Assembly: GCA_938084675.1 (NCBI GenBank)
Contig: CALKGM010000001.1
Location: 22,181-86,180 of the forward strand
DNA length: 64,000 bases
Direction of reading: 5' to 3'
Source: Candidatus Poseidoniaceae archaeon
GTDB taxonomy: Archaea; Thermoplasmatota; Poseidoniia; Poseidoniales; Poseidoniaceae
A program made the translations under genes and the position numbers. Below are positions 18,436 through 28,957 of this stretch, piece after piece. Each line of letters begins with the position of its first letter. The stretch's first letter is position 1. The notes under the pieces are model-generated. The model made no database searches. It was not told where the DNA came from and saw only the letters and a program-made list of their open reading frames with translations.

Positions 18436-21400
18436 TTATTCTGTCCATTCTTCCCATTCTTCTTGGCCTGAAAGTCGGAACCACCACGTGCCTTCCTCAT
18501 CTTCCCACCATTCGGTACCATCTTCGTCAACACGATAACTGTCATCATCTTCAACGGATGATTCAGCTTCAGTTACCTCTTCGACTTCTGGTTCAGCAAC
18601 ACTTGGTGCCGGACCGCTTGGACCTGGCGCTGGGCCGCTTGGACCTGGTGCTGGGCCGCTCGGACCTGGCGCTGGACCGCTTGGGCCAGATGCTAGGCCG
18701 CTTGGACGTGATTTTGGTGATTCGTCTTCATCCTCATCATCGTAATCGTCTTCATCCCAGCCTTCATTTCCGGAACGCATGAACATGACCAACAAGACCA
18801 GCAACACAATTGCTACAAGTCCAAGAAGACCTGCTCCAACGTAATACAATGTTCCGCCTGCTTCAAAGAAACCTGCTGTTGTTCCAGTCACTTCAATATT
18901 GGAATCAACACGAACTGAACCCACATTGACACTGATTGTTTGGGGGCCATCATCTAAGGTAGTGACGGTCCAAACCTCTGAACTGATCATGGTAACAGTT
19001 GCACGTCCTGAAGCATCAACCTTGATGCTTGGAGGTACTGCGATTTCGTTGTTAAATGCGTCAAATGCCCGTATGTTAACCTCCAATGTTGCGAGTTGGT
19101 CCAATGTTGTCTTCGTCAAGTTGACTTCGAGTCGATTGACCAAACTCTGAGCGGAAACATTGATTTCCAAGACCGACTCAACATTGGTGTTAACACGATA
19201 AACAAGAGTGTGGATGCCTGCGACTTCAGCAGCGTAGGTGTATGCACCGTCCGTTTCGTCGTCTGCTATCAATCCAGATACTTCTCCTTCGTTCTCTGTC
19301 CACTGCACGTTCTGAGAGAATACGTTCCCGTATTGGTCTGTACCGTTGACATAAAATTGGATGAAATCACCAGCGGTTGGGTTTGAGTTTGTAACCGAGG
19401 CCATGACCGTTGTCGGCACACCATGGTACACGGTGAAACTCACTGAATCCGAGATATTGTATCCAGTTCCACTAATGCTGAAAGCAGTCACGGTATAGGT
19501 GCCTACATTCTCTGGGATCCAACTCATATCACTAAGCAGTAAATCCGTTGTTGCATCTATGGTTTCGCCATTTGGCAGGTCTACGAGCCAAGTTAGTTCG
19601 CTTGCATCAATTCTATTGTTGTCCAAATCGTAAAGTTCAGCCATGAAATCAACACCGTAATCTGCGGTCATGTCAAAGTTCGCACCTGAAGTTTGTTGGG
19701 GGTTGGTTGCAGTTGCTGTCATGGATACGGTATGAAGGAAGCCGTGATCAACTGTGATGTTAATTGAAACAGCATGTGAAACGGTTCCGTCAAAGTAGGC
19801 TGCCGTCATGATGTAGGCATCATCGCTAGCGAAGTAAGGAGTGAATACTGTGGAGTCGCCAAGTGCCTTTTCAAGGAATGAAGAGGATTCTCCCATTGTA
19901 GGATGATCCAGGCTCCAATTAGCTTGGACATCCCACTTGTTGCCTTTAGCATCAATAGCGCGTATCTTCGCCTCGATCGTCTCGTCTGCTGTGAGGTCAA
20001 AGGTTTCCCAAGTTGACTCCACATCATCAACGACGATAATCAAGGTCTGAATTTTACCTTCAACAACTGTGATGACAACCTCTGAAAGCGTTGATTCATA
20101 GCGTGCTTCAATGGTTTTCGCACCTCGCGAAACAGGATCCCAAATTGCAGGAGAACCAGGAGTCAACTGGCCATCTGCTTTCTTGGTCCAATTATCCGAA
20201 GGTAAAATCACCGATAGGCGATTGCCACGGACGTCGACTCGAGTTGTGTTGATGTATACTCTATCATCAGCAGTCACAGATGTCGATGAAGTATTGAGTT
20301 CCAAGAACTGAATCTCTCCATGACCGACGGTGATCATCAATTCATCCGCAGCACCGGAAACAGATGTCAAATTGAGCCACCAAGTTCCAACATGGTCAGG
20401 GAAGTATTGCTGGTTCAATTCCGAATAGTTACCGTTTGTGGTCGTCCATGTCAAATTACCAGCTTCTGCAAGGTCAAGTTGGTTACCAAACTGATCGAAT
20501 ACTTCTGCAGTAATGTCACACCATACGCCAGCAGGCACAGTGCCTGTACAACCATTGAGTTCAAAGTACGCTGGAGCACCACTGGTAACTGTAATGCTGA
20601 CATCAACGAATGCACCTCCAGTAACTGCATGACGAACCTGAACGATGTGTGTTCCCGTCGAGAATGGTTGGAATACGTTCGGAGTTACTGCATTCATGCT
20701 TCCGTTTGTTGGCGTGTAAATGATGGGTTCGCCGGGAACTGCGTTTCCGTGTTGGTCGACCATTTCAGCGGTGATAGCAAGCGTTTCATCAGCCGAAATT
20801 GTCGCGGTTAGCGGTGAGACGACGAGTGTCACAGGCGCACCTGGTGTTACGGAGATGTTCTGGACGCCACATACCAAACCGAAGCATGCCTGAACTTGAT
20901 GAGTTCCTGCCGTGGACGGAGTGAACAACCCGTTAAGACCAATGGATCCTGATGTCGAAGTCCAAAGAACTGGCGGTGATTGAACCATGCTCAAATGGTC
21001 GTATGCTACTGAATTGAAGTTGACTGTAGTATCTGCATCCGTACTCACGGAGCCTGTTGGGGCAATATCAATCGAAGTAACATTTGTGGTATTGAGCAGC
21101 ATCTTAGGACGATTTTCAGCAGCAAGGGATTCACTTGATGAGAACGACGCATGTGCGTGTCCTGCATTGGCGGTACCAATCATAATCCATGTGTGGCGAC
21201 TGTTAACGGTCATCCCTTCAACTCCAATATCGAACCATGCCCATCCTGTGCTGTCTACGTTGAGAACGGTAGTAGAGATCGGTGATGTTGCGTAATCAAG
21301 ACCAGATTGCATACCCGGAGCACCCCAATTAATACCCGAAGTAGAACCGTTCCATGTTGCCGAGGTATGTGTCCAATTTGGATTCAAAACTTCATGAATT

Positions 21401-24400
21401 GAGAATGAAACTGATGTTGCCCCACCTGCGGAAGTCCAACCGTCGACGTACAATCCAAGCGATGCAGAGTGTACTTGTTGATAGACAGGGAAAGGAATTT
21501 GCCCGGTATCAAGCGACAGAGTAGCACGGCATTCGGCCGTCCACAATACTCCACAGAAGGTCCCCACTGCCAGAGCAGAGTCGCCACCAAAATTGTCGCC
21601 TCCAGACTCGGAATACAAACTGGTATCTTGGATGTTAGTATGTCCATAGGCTTCCACTTCGTTTCCTGTCTGGAAGGTATATGTGAATGTCAAATCATTA
21701 TTATCAACATGGTTTGGGGAACCAATGGCAAAACTCCATCTGGACGATGAAGGCCCAGGAATGGACTGATTGACACCTTGAACCCACCACGTAAATACGG
21801 ACCCTGCGCTCAAATTGTCGTTAAAGCGGAAGGTTGTATTGGTGATTTCAGAATCTTCCCAAGATTTGTATTTGTAGACACCGGATTCATTGGCCACGGT
21901 GAGAATGTAACCTGTAGCTCCAATGAGTGGAGACCATGACAGAATTGGACTCTGTAGAGGCGAGAGCACACCACCAGACTCCGAGTAGAGCACAGTTCCG
22001 TCAAGTGGTCCAATCTGTACCGGCTGGCTTGGAGGAATGATTCCAGCAACGTTATCGATGTATTCCAGTACGAGCGTTGGTCGCTGACTTGAGGTTGATG
22101 CGTCGGATGAATCAAAGACCAATGTTGCGGATGATGTACCCACTCGCTTGAGCATAACGGTCATGGTTGTGTTTCCATTGGCAATGTTGCTCTGAGCAAG
22201 ACTGGTAAGGTCCCAATCAACCCATCCGCTAGGAGACAATGCTGGAATTGTTGTCCGTGTGATCTCAGAAGAAGAACATGTAGGTGCGTTGGCCCAAACC
22301 GTTGAAGATTCGCTGAATGGACTGCATGCATGAGCAGAAACGGTTGTGGATACGCTTCCACTGAATGTGTTTTGATACAATCGCATGACCATTGAAGTTG
22401 GCGTCATGGCCGCAGGCCAAGGAAGGCTTGATAGGTCGTACTCGATCAAAATACGGCTTTCACCCGCACCAGCAACAGGAGTTCCTAGAATGAGATTCGC
22501 AGAACCTCCGTTGTTAACAGTGGCTTGTGAATCAATCGAAAGGTCTGGAACAGCAGGCACGACACTCGTGTCCGTGAAGATGGTTCCACGTTGAAGGGTT
22601 ATTGAATGATTACCATCGCCATCACCGGTCCCGAAATCGTCTGGATTTCGGTACTTTTGTGTTGCTGACCATTCGCCAATACGTTCATTTTGGTCTGAGC
22701 GCATACGCCAGAATACCCATTCATCGCCTTGTTCCATTGCAGAGTTAGTGACGGTATTGTTTTGAGCGTCGTAACTGGCGTTGTCGACTGAACCATTGAG
22801 TAACTCAGCGGTAGAGTAGCATTCTAAGTCCTCAGTAAACCGAGCGTTAGAAGCGAAACAGGCAACCATTTGCGATTGATTTGTGATCGTGCTATTCCAT
22901 GAGAAATCGGTTTCATTTTGTCCGGATGGACGAGGTTGTGTAGTATCCCAGAGGGTTGCACCGTCAACCGGTTGAAGGCCGGTTGGTGCAACGACAAGGA
23001 ATGGATTGGTAATCCTGTAGGTGATGTTCAGACGTGGCCGAAGATCAACACTCGGGTGTTCGCTGCTCGCAAGAGTAAGACGACCGTTTACAATCGAGTT
23101 GACCTCTTCAGGCTGCAAAATCACATTGATTCCGTTTTGCCCTCCAGCAAGAGCGTGTTGAACGAGTGCGGTGACATTGGCTGCAAATGAACCGGTAGTA
23201 TTGACCCAAAATCCACTGTTAAACGGCGCTTCAGAATCTGCCGAGTGGTATGCACCAGGACCAGCCCAGGAGGTTGTGTTTCCAGCGGGGTATGCCCAAA
23301 CCGATGATTCACTCCAAGAAGTTGTCATTTCTGAAACGGTCATGAAGACAAACCCATTAGAACTCAAAACATCCATTTCAAGGGTTGCATCCAACACTTC
23401 ATATGTTCCTGGCATCGGTAAATTTGAGAAATCAATGTCGATCAATGAACTCGTTCGCAATGCGGTATTGCTGTATGATAACTGGCTTCGACCAACAGAA
23501 AGGATGGTGTCACTACCCTTGTTGCTGAAGGTATTTCCGCTGTCTAAATACGTGTCCTGCATAACTGCAGGATACGCAAGGTCAGACACATATGCTCCTT
23601 CTTGAATCGAAAGAGTTGCATCGGTAGAGTTTATTTCCGACCCAAGTTCTTCAGGAATGAAGAAGTTTGTTGAAGAACTTCGGGGACCGAGCATTCCGTT
23701 GTTGAGGGGTTGAACCATCCACCGAATTTCTTGAGTGAAATCCAAGTCATTTGGTGGAGTAAAGGTAAGGTTCGTGAGATCAAACGAAGAAGTGTCAATT
23801 CGTGAATCATAGGTTTCTAGACCGGACATATCATCATCAGCATCTGCGAGAATGAATAGTCGCCAATCGGTAACTGTTGACTGGCCGGTATAGTTCCAAG
23901 AAAAGATGGGTTGGAACTCGGGCGTAAGTGCATGTGATGTTTGGTCCCAAACGATACTATTGGCTGCTGGCGCAACGTTTTGACCTGCTGTCACTGGAGT
24001 TGCAACCAATCCGTTTTCCCAAGTCAATGTGAGGTAGGGGCGTTCTGATGCGCTCCCTTGTGCCGAAGTGAATTTAACTAAATCTGCGGTAGGAGTGTAT
24101 GAACTGTAAACCATCAACGAAAGATGGGTTTGTCCGTTAGCGAGTGCTCCTTGAACTGCTTCAGTAACATCAAAATCCATCCAATCGTCACTTACGCTGT
24201 CCATGATGTCAACGTAACTGCCGATATCCACGCCAATGTCCCGACCACCACGGAGGGACCAGTTATTGACGCCGTCATAGGTTGTTGCATTTGCGCTCGT
24301 TGTCCAATTCTGTAACACTGGACGAATTGCTACTGGTTCGTCTTCAACAGAATCATATTCAGCGAAAAGGCTGAGTTCAGCACCACTGACCCGGGAATTA

Positions 24401-27400
24401 GCTGGCTGAGGCACCTCGCTTAGAGGAATGCGAATGAGGGCTGCGGATTGGAAACCGGAACTCGTTTCTCCAACCAGCAAGTTGGTAGCATTTTCATGAG
24501 TTGAGTCGGAACCACTGCCGTTCTCAATGACATAGGTGTCGACAAAGTTTGGAAGGTTGAGATGCGGGAGTGCTCCGTGGTGACGTAGTTCCACTGAAGC
24601 TTTTGTAGAATTGTAAACCGTTGTCGTGAGGTCTGGTATTTGGAAGTGGTATACATTGGACCAGTTTCCAATTTGGTTTGTTGCTGAAACTGCACGAACT
24701 CGCCAATACCAGGTACTTCCATTGTCCAAGTCAGATGCTGGGGTGTAGGTGAGGTTGGTTGTATCAAACCCAACATTGTTCCAAGAAGTAACTGTCAAGG
24801 AGTTAAGTGAATTGAAATCAGATTGAGTATCTAGCTGGACCAAATATCCACCGATATTCATATTTCCTGAGAACGACCAGTTCAGGGTTGGCCGAGTAAT
24901 CGGAGTCATGTCCACACCAGTTCCAATTGACCAAGACCCGTTGAGAGGGAGGACAAGCGAGGGGTTTGATGGCACAGCGTCTGAACCCGGAACATAAACA
25001 AACGAAAGTTCCGGTCGGTCGCTCATATCTGCTTCTGCGGCATAAAAGTAAGCAGTTCGTGAACTGCCTGAACCGACTCCAAGCATGCCTGCGACAAAGT
25101 CAACTCTGCGATCTTCTCGCATGGCGTTTTGTACTGCAAGAGTGACGTTCCAATCCACACGGTCGCCTTCGCTGTACGTTGATCCAATCGAAGCACTGGC
25201 GAGGAGTGAGCCTCGTTCTGCACCTTTAGCTCCAGCGGTTGCCCACGAAGTGGAACCATCTAAACTGGACCAGGTAGCATCATCATCGGACCAGTTGTTT
25301 TGATTGCTTTCCCACAGGCCAACATTTGGAGAATTAAATGGGGACGAACTCAGCATCATACTAAGATGAGCAGATTCAACTGCATATCCGTCAGGAAGGA
25401 GGTTGGATACGAGATTGCATCCAAGCAAAATAGTTGTTTCAGAAGGCAGTGTGTTATAATCCACAATAAGTTCCTCATCTCCATTGTAGTTGTCATTTAC
25501 AGCACCGCTATCGATGTAGGTATCCATACATTCCGGATATTGGTTATCATTAGTACCGTTTCCATGCTTGAGTCGGAATTCGTAGCGATCGTTGCCCAAG
25601 TGAATGCTTTCAAGGTTGGAAATCAAGAAACTAGAACTTACCCATTCGCCGTAATGGTCGTCGCTGTCCACGGTTGACATCCGCCAGAAGTACATGTTTC
25701 CAAGGTCAAGCGTGTTCGCCCCCGTCATGTTCAGCGTTCCATCGGTTGCTGAGAAGTCGCTGTCCGTCCTGGTGTCAACACGCCATGTTCGGAGGCGGAA
25801 GTCTTGGTCAGTTGCCAACTCAAAGATGATGTCATCGCCGGAAGAGGGTTGTGTCCAATTGAGGGAAGGTTGTGTGTTAGCCGACAAGTTATGTCCAGAT
25901 TTGTTCCAAATTGCAAGACCGTCAACTGGTGCAGTGAGTTGGACTGGAGCGGGGGGGGTTCCGTTACCCCACTTGTAAGTAAGTGAAAAGGACGGCATAT
26001 CTGCTGAGTTTGCTGCTTCAGTGGAGTGGAACAGAATGCTCTCGCCGTTGGTATAACTCTGGTACTTTCCACGGACTGCAAGCATCATATCAAGGGGTAA
26101 TTCATCCCCGTTGTCAAGGTAGTTTTGGACGGCTTGAGTGACATCAAAGGAAAAGGACGATGATGTTTGATTACCGTCAGCAAGTGCAACGGTTGCTGTC
26201 CCATTCCCACGACCTCCATCGTACCAAGTAATACCGGCATCGGACATCTGATTCCATGTGATTTCTTCTTCATCCCAAAGGCCTGAATCCTCCATGCCGT
26301 GCAGTGAAACAACTGGATCTCCAGAATAACTCGAGCGAGTCAACTCCATCTTTGCTGTAACGATGGTGAGATTATCATGCAGTCCAAGTTGGTCAAGTGA
26401 AGCTCGCATGTGGATTAATCGCTCTTTGTCCGAAGTCATGCTTGATTCAAGGGTTGTCAAGTCACCATAAGCAATAGATTTCGCAGTTTGACTTACCGTA
26501 GAATCTTGAATGAAATCCTCTGAAAGACCCACGGAAGACGGGTCCAACGTCATGGACGCCGTACCGTCTGCATTGTCATAAACATCGAGAGAAGGAAGGA
26601 GGAAACTTGTGACATCCCATGCCCCAATCTGACCTGTTGAGTCGATGGAACGAACACGCATGTGCATCGTAGATCCGTTCGTGAGTGATAACGAGGAGGG
26701 AAGGGTGTAGTAACCAGATGTACCGGTAGACCCAAATGTGGTTGAGAGGGTGGAGAAGAACCATTCTTGGTCGGTCGCAGAACGCCAATCATCGCTGTTG
26801 CTCAATTGGATTTCAACATCTGAACCTGTGTTATTGTCATAGGAAAGCGAGGGGGTACTCACTGGCGTGAGGAGGAAATCACTTTCCATCCAAGGGGCGC
26901 CGTTAGGTACCGGCAAGTCCGTTTCAACTGTAGGGTTAGCGTTTGGAGCGCCGCTGGTGGTGTTCAACACAAGCTCTGGGCGGTTGGAGGCAGAGGTTGT
27001 TTCCGAGAAATGGCATTCATACAGAGCACCAAGTGAGGACACGATGACTGAAAGGTTACCCATGTTGTTACGGGCTGCTGTTTGGGCAATAGAAGTCACG
27101 TTGAGTGCTACGGTTCCGTTTCCAGTAACGTGAACAGGAGGCTCCCAAACGCCGCGGTCGGATGAGCCATCTGCACCTAAATCACCCCACGCTGCGTTGC
27201 TAGCAAAAACGGCCCAGGACGCAAATGAGCCGTTCCAAGACCGCTTCATTTCTCCGGCGAAAACTGACATATCAGAAAAACCGATACTATCTGTTGTGCA
27301 TTGCAGATTTAGGGTTGCGCTGTGAATCGTATCGGACGATGTGTAGTTCATGGGGAACCGCAGAAGTAGTCTTGAATCCGCCATCACTCCAGAGGAGAGT

Positions 27401-27621
27401 ATACCGGACGCAGAGGTATTGTAAGTGTTACTCGGATTGGCCAAACTGATGTAGGTATCTGCCGTTGGGCTATGAGTGGAAACAACGTGCTGCGGGGATA
27501 TTTCATCTTCAAGTTCAGTCCACCCCTCAAGAGTTTGGGGGAGAAGAAGGTCTGCAAGAAGGAACATCAGAACAAGGACGAGCGCAGTACTGCTGCGAGT
27601 GTTTGACGGAATACGACTCAT
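18436..27621 (-). CDS. Giant (3061 aa) surface protein: ~7 DNRLRE-like modules alternating with FN3-like modules, Ig-like stalk, TM, Pro/Gly and Trp-rich tail
   Basis: Signal peptide; repeated DTYI..A.L.L..W..ATW..W..DVT..VQ..RPxLxL units separated by PxxG..PxxxW..WxWRV..GxWS units; TM near the C-terminus. Confidence 0.85.
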   Translation of the reverse strand: MSRIPSNTRSSTALVLVLMFLLADLLLPQTLEGWTELEDEISPQHVVSTHSPTADTYISLANPSNTYNTSASGILSSGVMADSRLLLRFPMNYTSSDTIHSATLNLQCTTDSIGFSDMSVFAGEMKRSWNGSFASWAVFASNAAWGDLGADGSSDRGVWEPPVHVTGNGTVALNVTSIAQTAARNNMGNLSVIVSSLGALYECHFSETTSASNRPELVLNTTSGAPNANPTVETDLPVPNGAPWMESDFLLTPVSTPSLSYDNNTGSDVEIQLSNSDDWRSATDQEWFFSTLSTTFGSTGTSGYYTLPSSLSLTNGSTMHMRVRSIDSTGQIGAWDVTSFLLPSLDVYDNADGTASMTLDPSSVGLSEDFIQDSTVSQTAKSIAYGDLTTLESSMTSDKERLIHMRASLDQLGLHDNLTIVTAKMELTRSSYSGDPVVSLHGMEDSGLWDEEEITWNQMSDAGITWYDGGRGNGTATVALADGNQTSSSFSFDVTQAVQNYLDNGDELPLDMMLAVRGKYQSYTNGESILFHSTEAANSADMPSFSLTYKWGNGTPPAPVQLTAPVDGLAIWNKSGHNLSANTQPSLNWTQPSSGDDIIFELATDQDFRLRTWRVDTRTDSDFSATDGTLNMTGANTLDLGNMYFWRMSTVDSDDHYGEWVSSSFLISNLESIHLGNDRYEFRLKHGNGTNDNQYPECMDTYIDSGAVNDNYNGDEELIVDYNTLPSETTILLGCNLVSNLLPDGYAVESAHLSMMLSSSPFNSPNVGLWESNQNNWSDDDATWSSLDGSTSWATAGAKGAERGSLLASASIGSTYSEGDRVDWNVTLAVQNAMREDRRVDFVAGMLGVGSGSSRTAYFYAAEADMSDRPELSFVYVPGSDAVPSNPSLVLPLNGSWSIGTGVDMTPITRPTLNWSFSGNMNIGGYLVQLDTQSDFNSLNSLTVTSWNNVGFDTTNLTYTPASDLDNGSTWYWRVRAVSATNQIGNWSNVYHFQIPDLTTTVYNSTKASVELRHHGALPHLNLPNFVDTYVIENGSGSDSTHENATNLLVGETSSGFQSAALIRIPLSEVPQPANSRVSGAELSLFAEYDSVEDEPVAIRPVLQNWTTSANATTYDGVNNWSLRGGRDIGVDIGSYVDIMDSVSDDWMDFDVTEAVQGALANGQTHLSLMVYSSYTPTADLVKFTSAQGSASERPYLTLTWENGLVATPVTAGQNVAPAANSIVWDQTSHALTPEFQPIFSWNYTGQSTVTDWRLFILADADDDMSGLETYDSRIDTSSFDLTNLTFTPPNDLDFTQEIRWMVQPLNNGMLGPRSSSTNFFIPEELGSEINSTDATLSIQEGAYVSDLAYPAVMQDTYLDSGNTFSNKGSDTILSVGRSQLSYSNTALRTSSLIDIDFSNLPMPGTYEVLDATLEMDVLSSNGFVFMTVSEMTTSWSESSVWAYPAGNTTSWAGPGAYHSADSEAPFNSGFWVNTTGSFAANVTALVQHALAGGQNGINVILQPEEVNSIVNGRLTLASSEHPSVDLRPRLNITYRITNPFLVVAPTGLQPVDGATLWDTTQPRPSGQNETDFSWNSTITNQSQMVACFASNARFTEDLECYSTAELLNGSVDNASYDAQNNTVTNSAMEQGDEWVFWRMRSDQNERIGEWSATQKYRNPDDFGTGDGDGNHSITLQRGTIFTDTSVVPAVPDLSIDSQATVNNGGSANLILGTPVAGAGESRILIEYDLSSLPWPAAMTPTSMVMRLYQNTFSGSVSTTVSAHACSPFSESSTVWANAPTCSSSEITRTTIPALSPSGWVDWDLTSLAQSNIANGNTTMTVMLKRVGTSSATLVFDSSDASTSSQRPTLVLEYIDNVAGIIPPSQPVQIGPLDGTVLYSESGGVLSPLQSPILSWSPLIGATGYILTVANESGVYKYKSWEDSEITNTTFRFNDNLSAGSVFTWWVQGVNQSIPGPSSSRWSFAIGSPNHVDNNDLTFTYTFQTGNEVEAYGHTNIQDTSLYSESGGDNFGGDSALAVGTFCGVLWTAECRATLSLDTGQIPFPVYQQVHSASLGLYVDGWTSAGGATSVSFSIHEVLNPNWTHTSATWNGSTSGINWGAPGMQSGLDYATSPISTTVLNVDSTGWAWFDIGVEGMTVNSRHTWIMIGTANAGHAHASFSSSESLAAENRPKMLLNTTNVTSIDIAPTGSVSTDADTTVNFNSVAYDHLSMVQSPPVLWTSTSGSIGLNGLFTPSTAGTHQVQACFGLVCGVQNISVTPGAPVTLVVSPLTATISADETLAITAEMVDQHGNAVPGEPIIYTPTNGSMNAVTPNVFQPFSTGTHIVQVRHAVTGGAFVDVSITVTSGAPAYFELNGCTGTVPAGVWCDITAEVFDQFGNQLDLAEAGNLTWTTTNGNYSELNQQYFPDHVGTWWLNLTSVSGAADELMITVGHGEIQFLELNTSSTSVTADDRVYINTTRVDVRGNRLSVILPSDNWTKKADGQLTPGSPAIWDPVSRGAKTIEARYESTLSEVVITVVEGKIQTLIIVVDDVESTWETFDLTADETIEAKIRAIDAKGNKWDVQANWSLDHPTMGESSSFLEKALGDSTVFTPYFASDDAYIMTAAYFDGTVSHAVSINITVDHGFLHTVSMTATATNPQQTSGANFDMTADYGVDFMAELYDLDNNRIDASELTWLVDLPNGETIDATTDLLLSDMSWIPENVGTYTVTAFSISGTGYNISDSVSFTVYHGVPTTVMASVTNSNPTAGDFIQFYVNGTDQYGNVFSQNVQWTENEGEVSGLIADDETDGAYTYAAEVAGIHTLVYRVNTNVESVLEINVSAQSLVNRLEVNLTKTTLDQLATLEVNIRAFDAFNNEIAVPPSIKVDASGRATVTMISSEVWTVTTLDDGPQTISVNVGSVRVDSNIEVTGTTAGFFEAGGTLYYVGAGLLGLVAIVLLVLLVMFMRSGNEGWDEDDYDDEDEDESPKSRPSGLASGPSGPAPGPSGPAPGPSGPAPGPSGPAPSVAEPEVEEVTEAESSVEDDDSYRVDEDGTEWWEDEEGTWWFRLSGQEEWEEWTE
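18604..18687 (-). repeat. 4 x 21-bp tandem repeat encoding GPSGPAP
   Basis: In-frame GPSGPAP x4 with synonymous variation, in the predicted cytoplasmic tail. Confidence 0.9.
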
Positions 27622-27770
27622 GGGACTCGTCCCTTACACGACTCTCCGTTATACGGTCTTTTCCCTCCCAAGCCATGGATGTCGTCTCCAAAAACATGAA
27701 ATTCTTAGCGTGATTTCATTCCAAAGTTAATGCGAATGTTGAAGGATGCTCGTCGCCGAGAGGCTACAGC

Positions 27771-28727
27771 ATGAGTGAACTTTGGGTCGAAAAACACCGC
27801 CCGCAATCGGTTGACCAAATTCGTGGCCAAGCGGCGGTGGTTCAGCGACTAGGAACCTATGCTGGAACCAAGAATTTCCCGCATCTTCTTTTCGCTGGCC
27901 CTCCGGGGACGGGTAAAACCACCGCAGCGATGGCCTTGACCAAGGATATCTTCGGCTCAGACTACCGACAAAATCTTCTTGAGATGAACGCATCTGATGA
28001 GCGGAAATTGGAGAGTATTCGTACGAAAGTCAAACAATTTGCTCGCACTCAACCCTATGGCGGAGCAGCCTTCAAAATCATCTTTCTCGACGAGGCTGAT
28101 GCGTTGACCAATGATGCCCAAGGAGCATTGCGTCGAATCATGGAGCAGTACGCAGAAACGTGCCGGTTTATTCTTTCTTGCAATTATTCGTCCAAGATTA
28201 TTGAGCCGATTCAATCTCGTTGTGCAGTGTTCAGATTTCGCCCCCTCGCTGACGCTGATGTCTCTTCACAAGTTGCCCATGTTGCTCAACTTGAAGGGTT
28301 GACGATGGAAGATGGCTCGGTGGAGGCATTAACCCGAATTTCCCAAGGCGACCTTAGAAAAGCACTCACTGCACTCCAGGTTGCTGCAGCACTCAATACA
28401 ACCGTCAACAGAGATTTGGTCTATGAGACATCAGCCACAGCACCGCCAGAAGCCCTCCATGCCTACCTCATGTCATGCCGTGACGATGGCTTCCATGTAG
28501 CACGGCGCAGGCTTAGAGAACTTCTGGACCAATTCGGTTTGGCAGGTACTGATTTTGTCAATCAACTCCACAGGGAATTATACAGTGCGGACTTTCTTGA
28601 GGAACGCTCCAAGCTCGAGTTGACGGAATGGATGGCTGAAATTGATTATCGTTTGGTAGAGGGTGGAGGCGAACAGATTCAACTCGATGCATTAACGGCT
28701 CAAATTGTTAAGCATCTCGCTGCGTGA
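27771..28727 (+). CDS. rfcS: Replication factor C small subunit
   Basis: LWVEKHRP, GPPGTGKT, EMNASDER, LDEADALT, IQSRC; no intein. Confidence 0.96.
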   Translation: MSELWVEKHRPQSVDQIRGQAAVVQRLGTYAGTKNFPHLLFAGPPGTGKTTAAMALTKDIFGSDYRQNLLEMNASDERKLESIRTKVKQFARTQPYGGAAFKIIFLDEADALTNDAQGALRRIMEQYAETCRFILSCNYSSKIIEPIQSRCAVFRFRPLADADVSSQVAHVAQLEGLTMEDGSVEALTRISQGDLRKALTALQVAAALNTTVNRDLVYETSATAPPEALHAYLMSCRDDGFHVARRRLRELLDQFGLAGTDFVNQLHRELYSADFLEERSKLELTEWMAEIDYRLVEGGGEQIQLDALTAQIVKHLAA

Positions 28728-28957
28728 TTTCAGTTTCACTTTTCGCATGGGGCCTAAGAAAACAATGTATCTCAAGACCGCTTGCAGAAAACATGAATCA
28801 CTTATCCGAGCGAATTGGAGACGCCCTTTGCTACACTGCATTTGCACCAGTCGTTCGATGGCTCAGACGGAGACATCAAGCCATACTGGCTCGTGAGCAG
28901 TACGATTACCGACGTATTGATTCAATTCTGAATCAAATCATGATGGTCCATAGCGAC

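Noticed and set aside
18604-18687. Collagen-like repeat
   Set aside because: The period is 7 aa (GPSGPAP), not continuous Gly-X-Y; treated as a flexible spacer.
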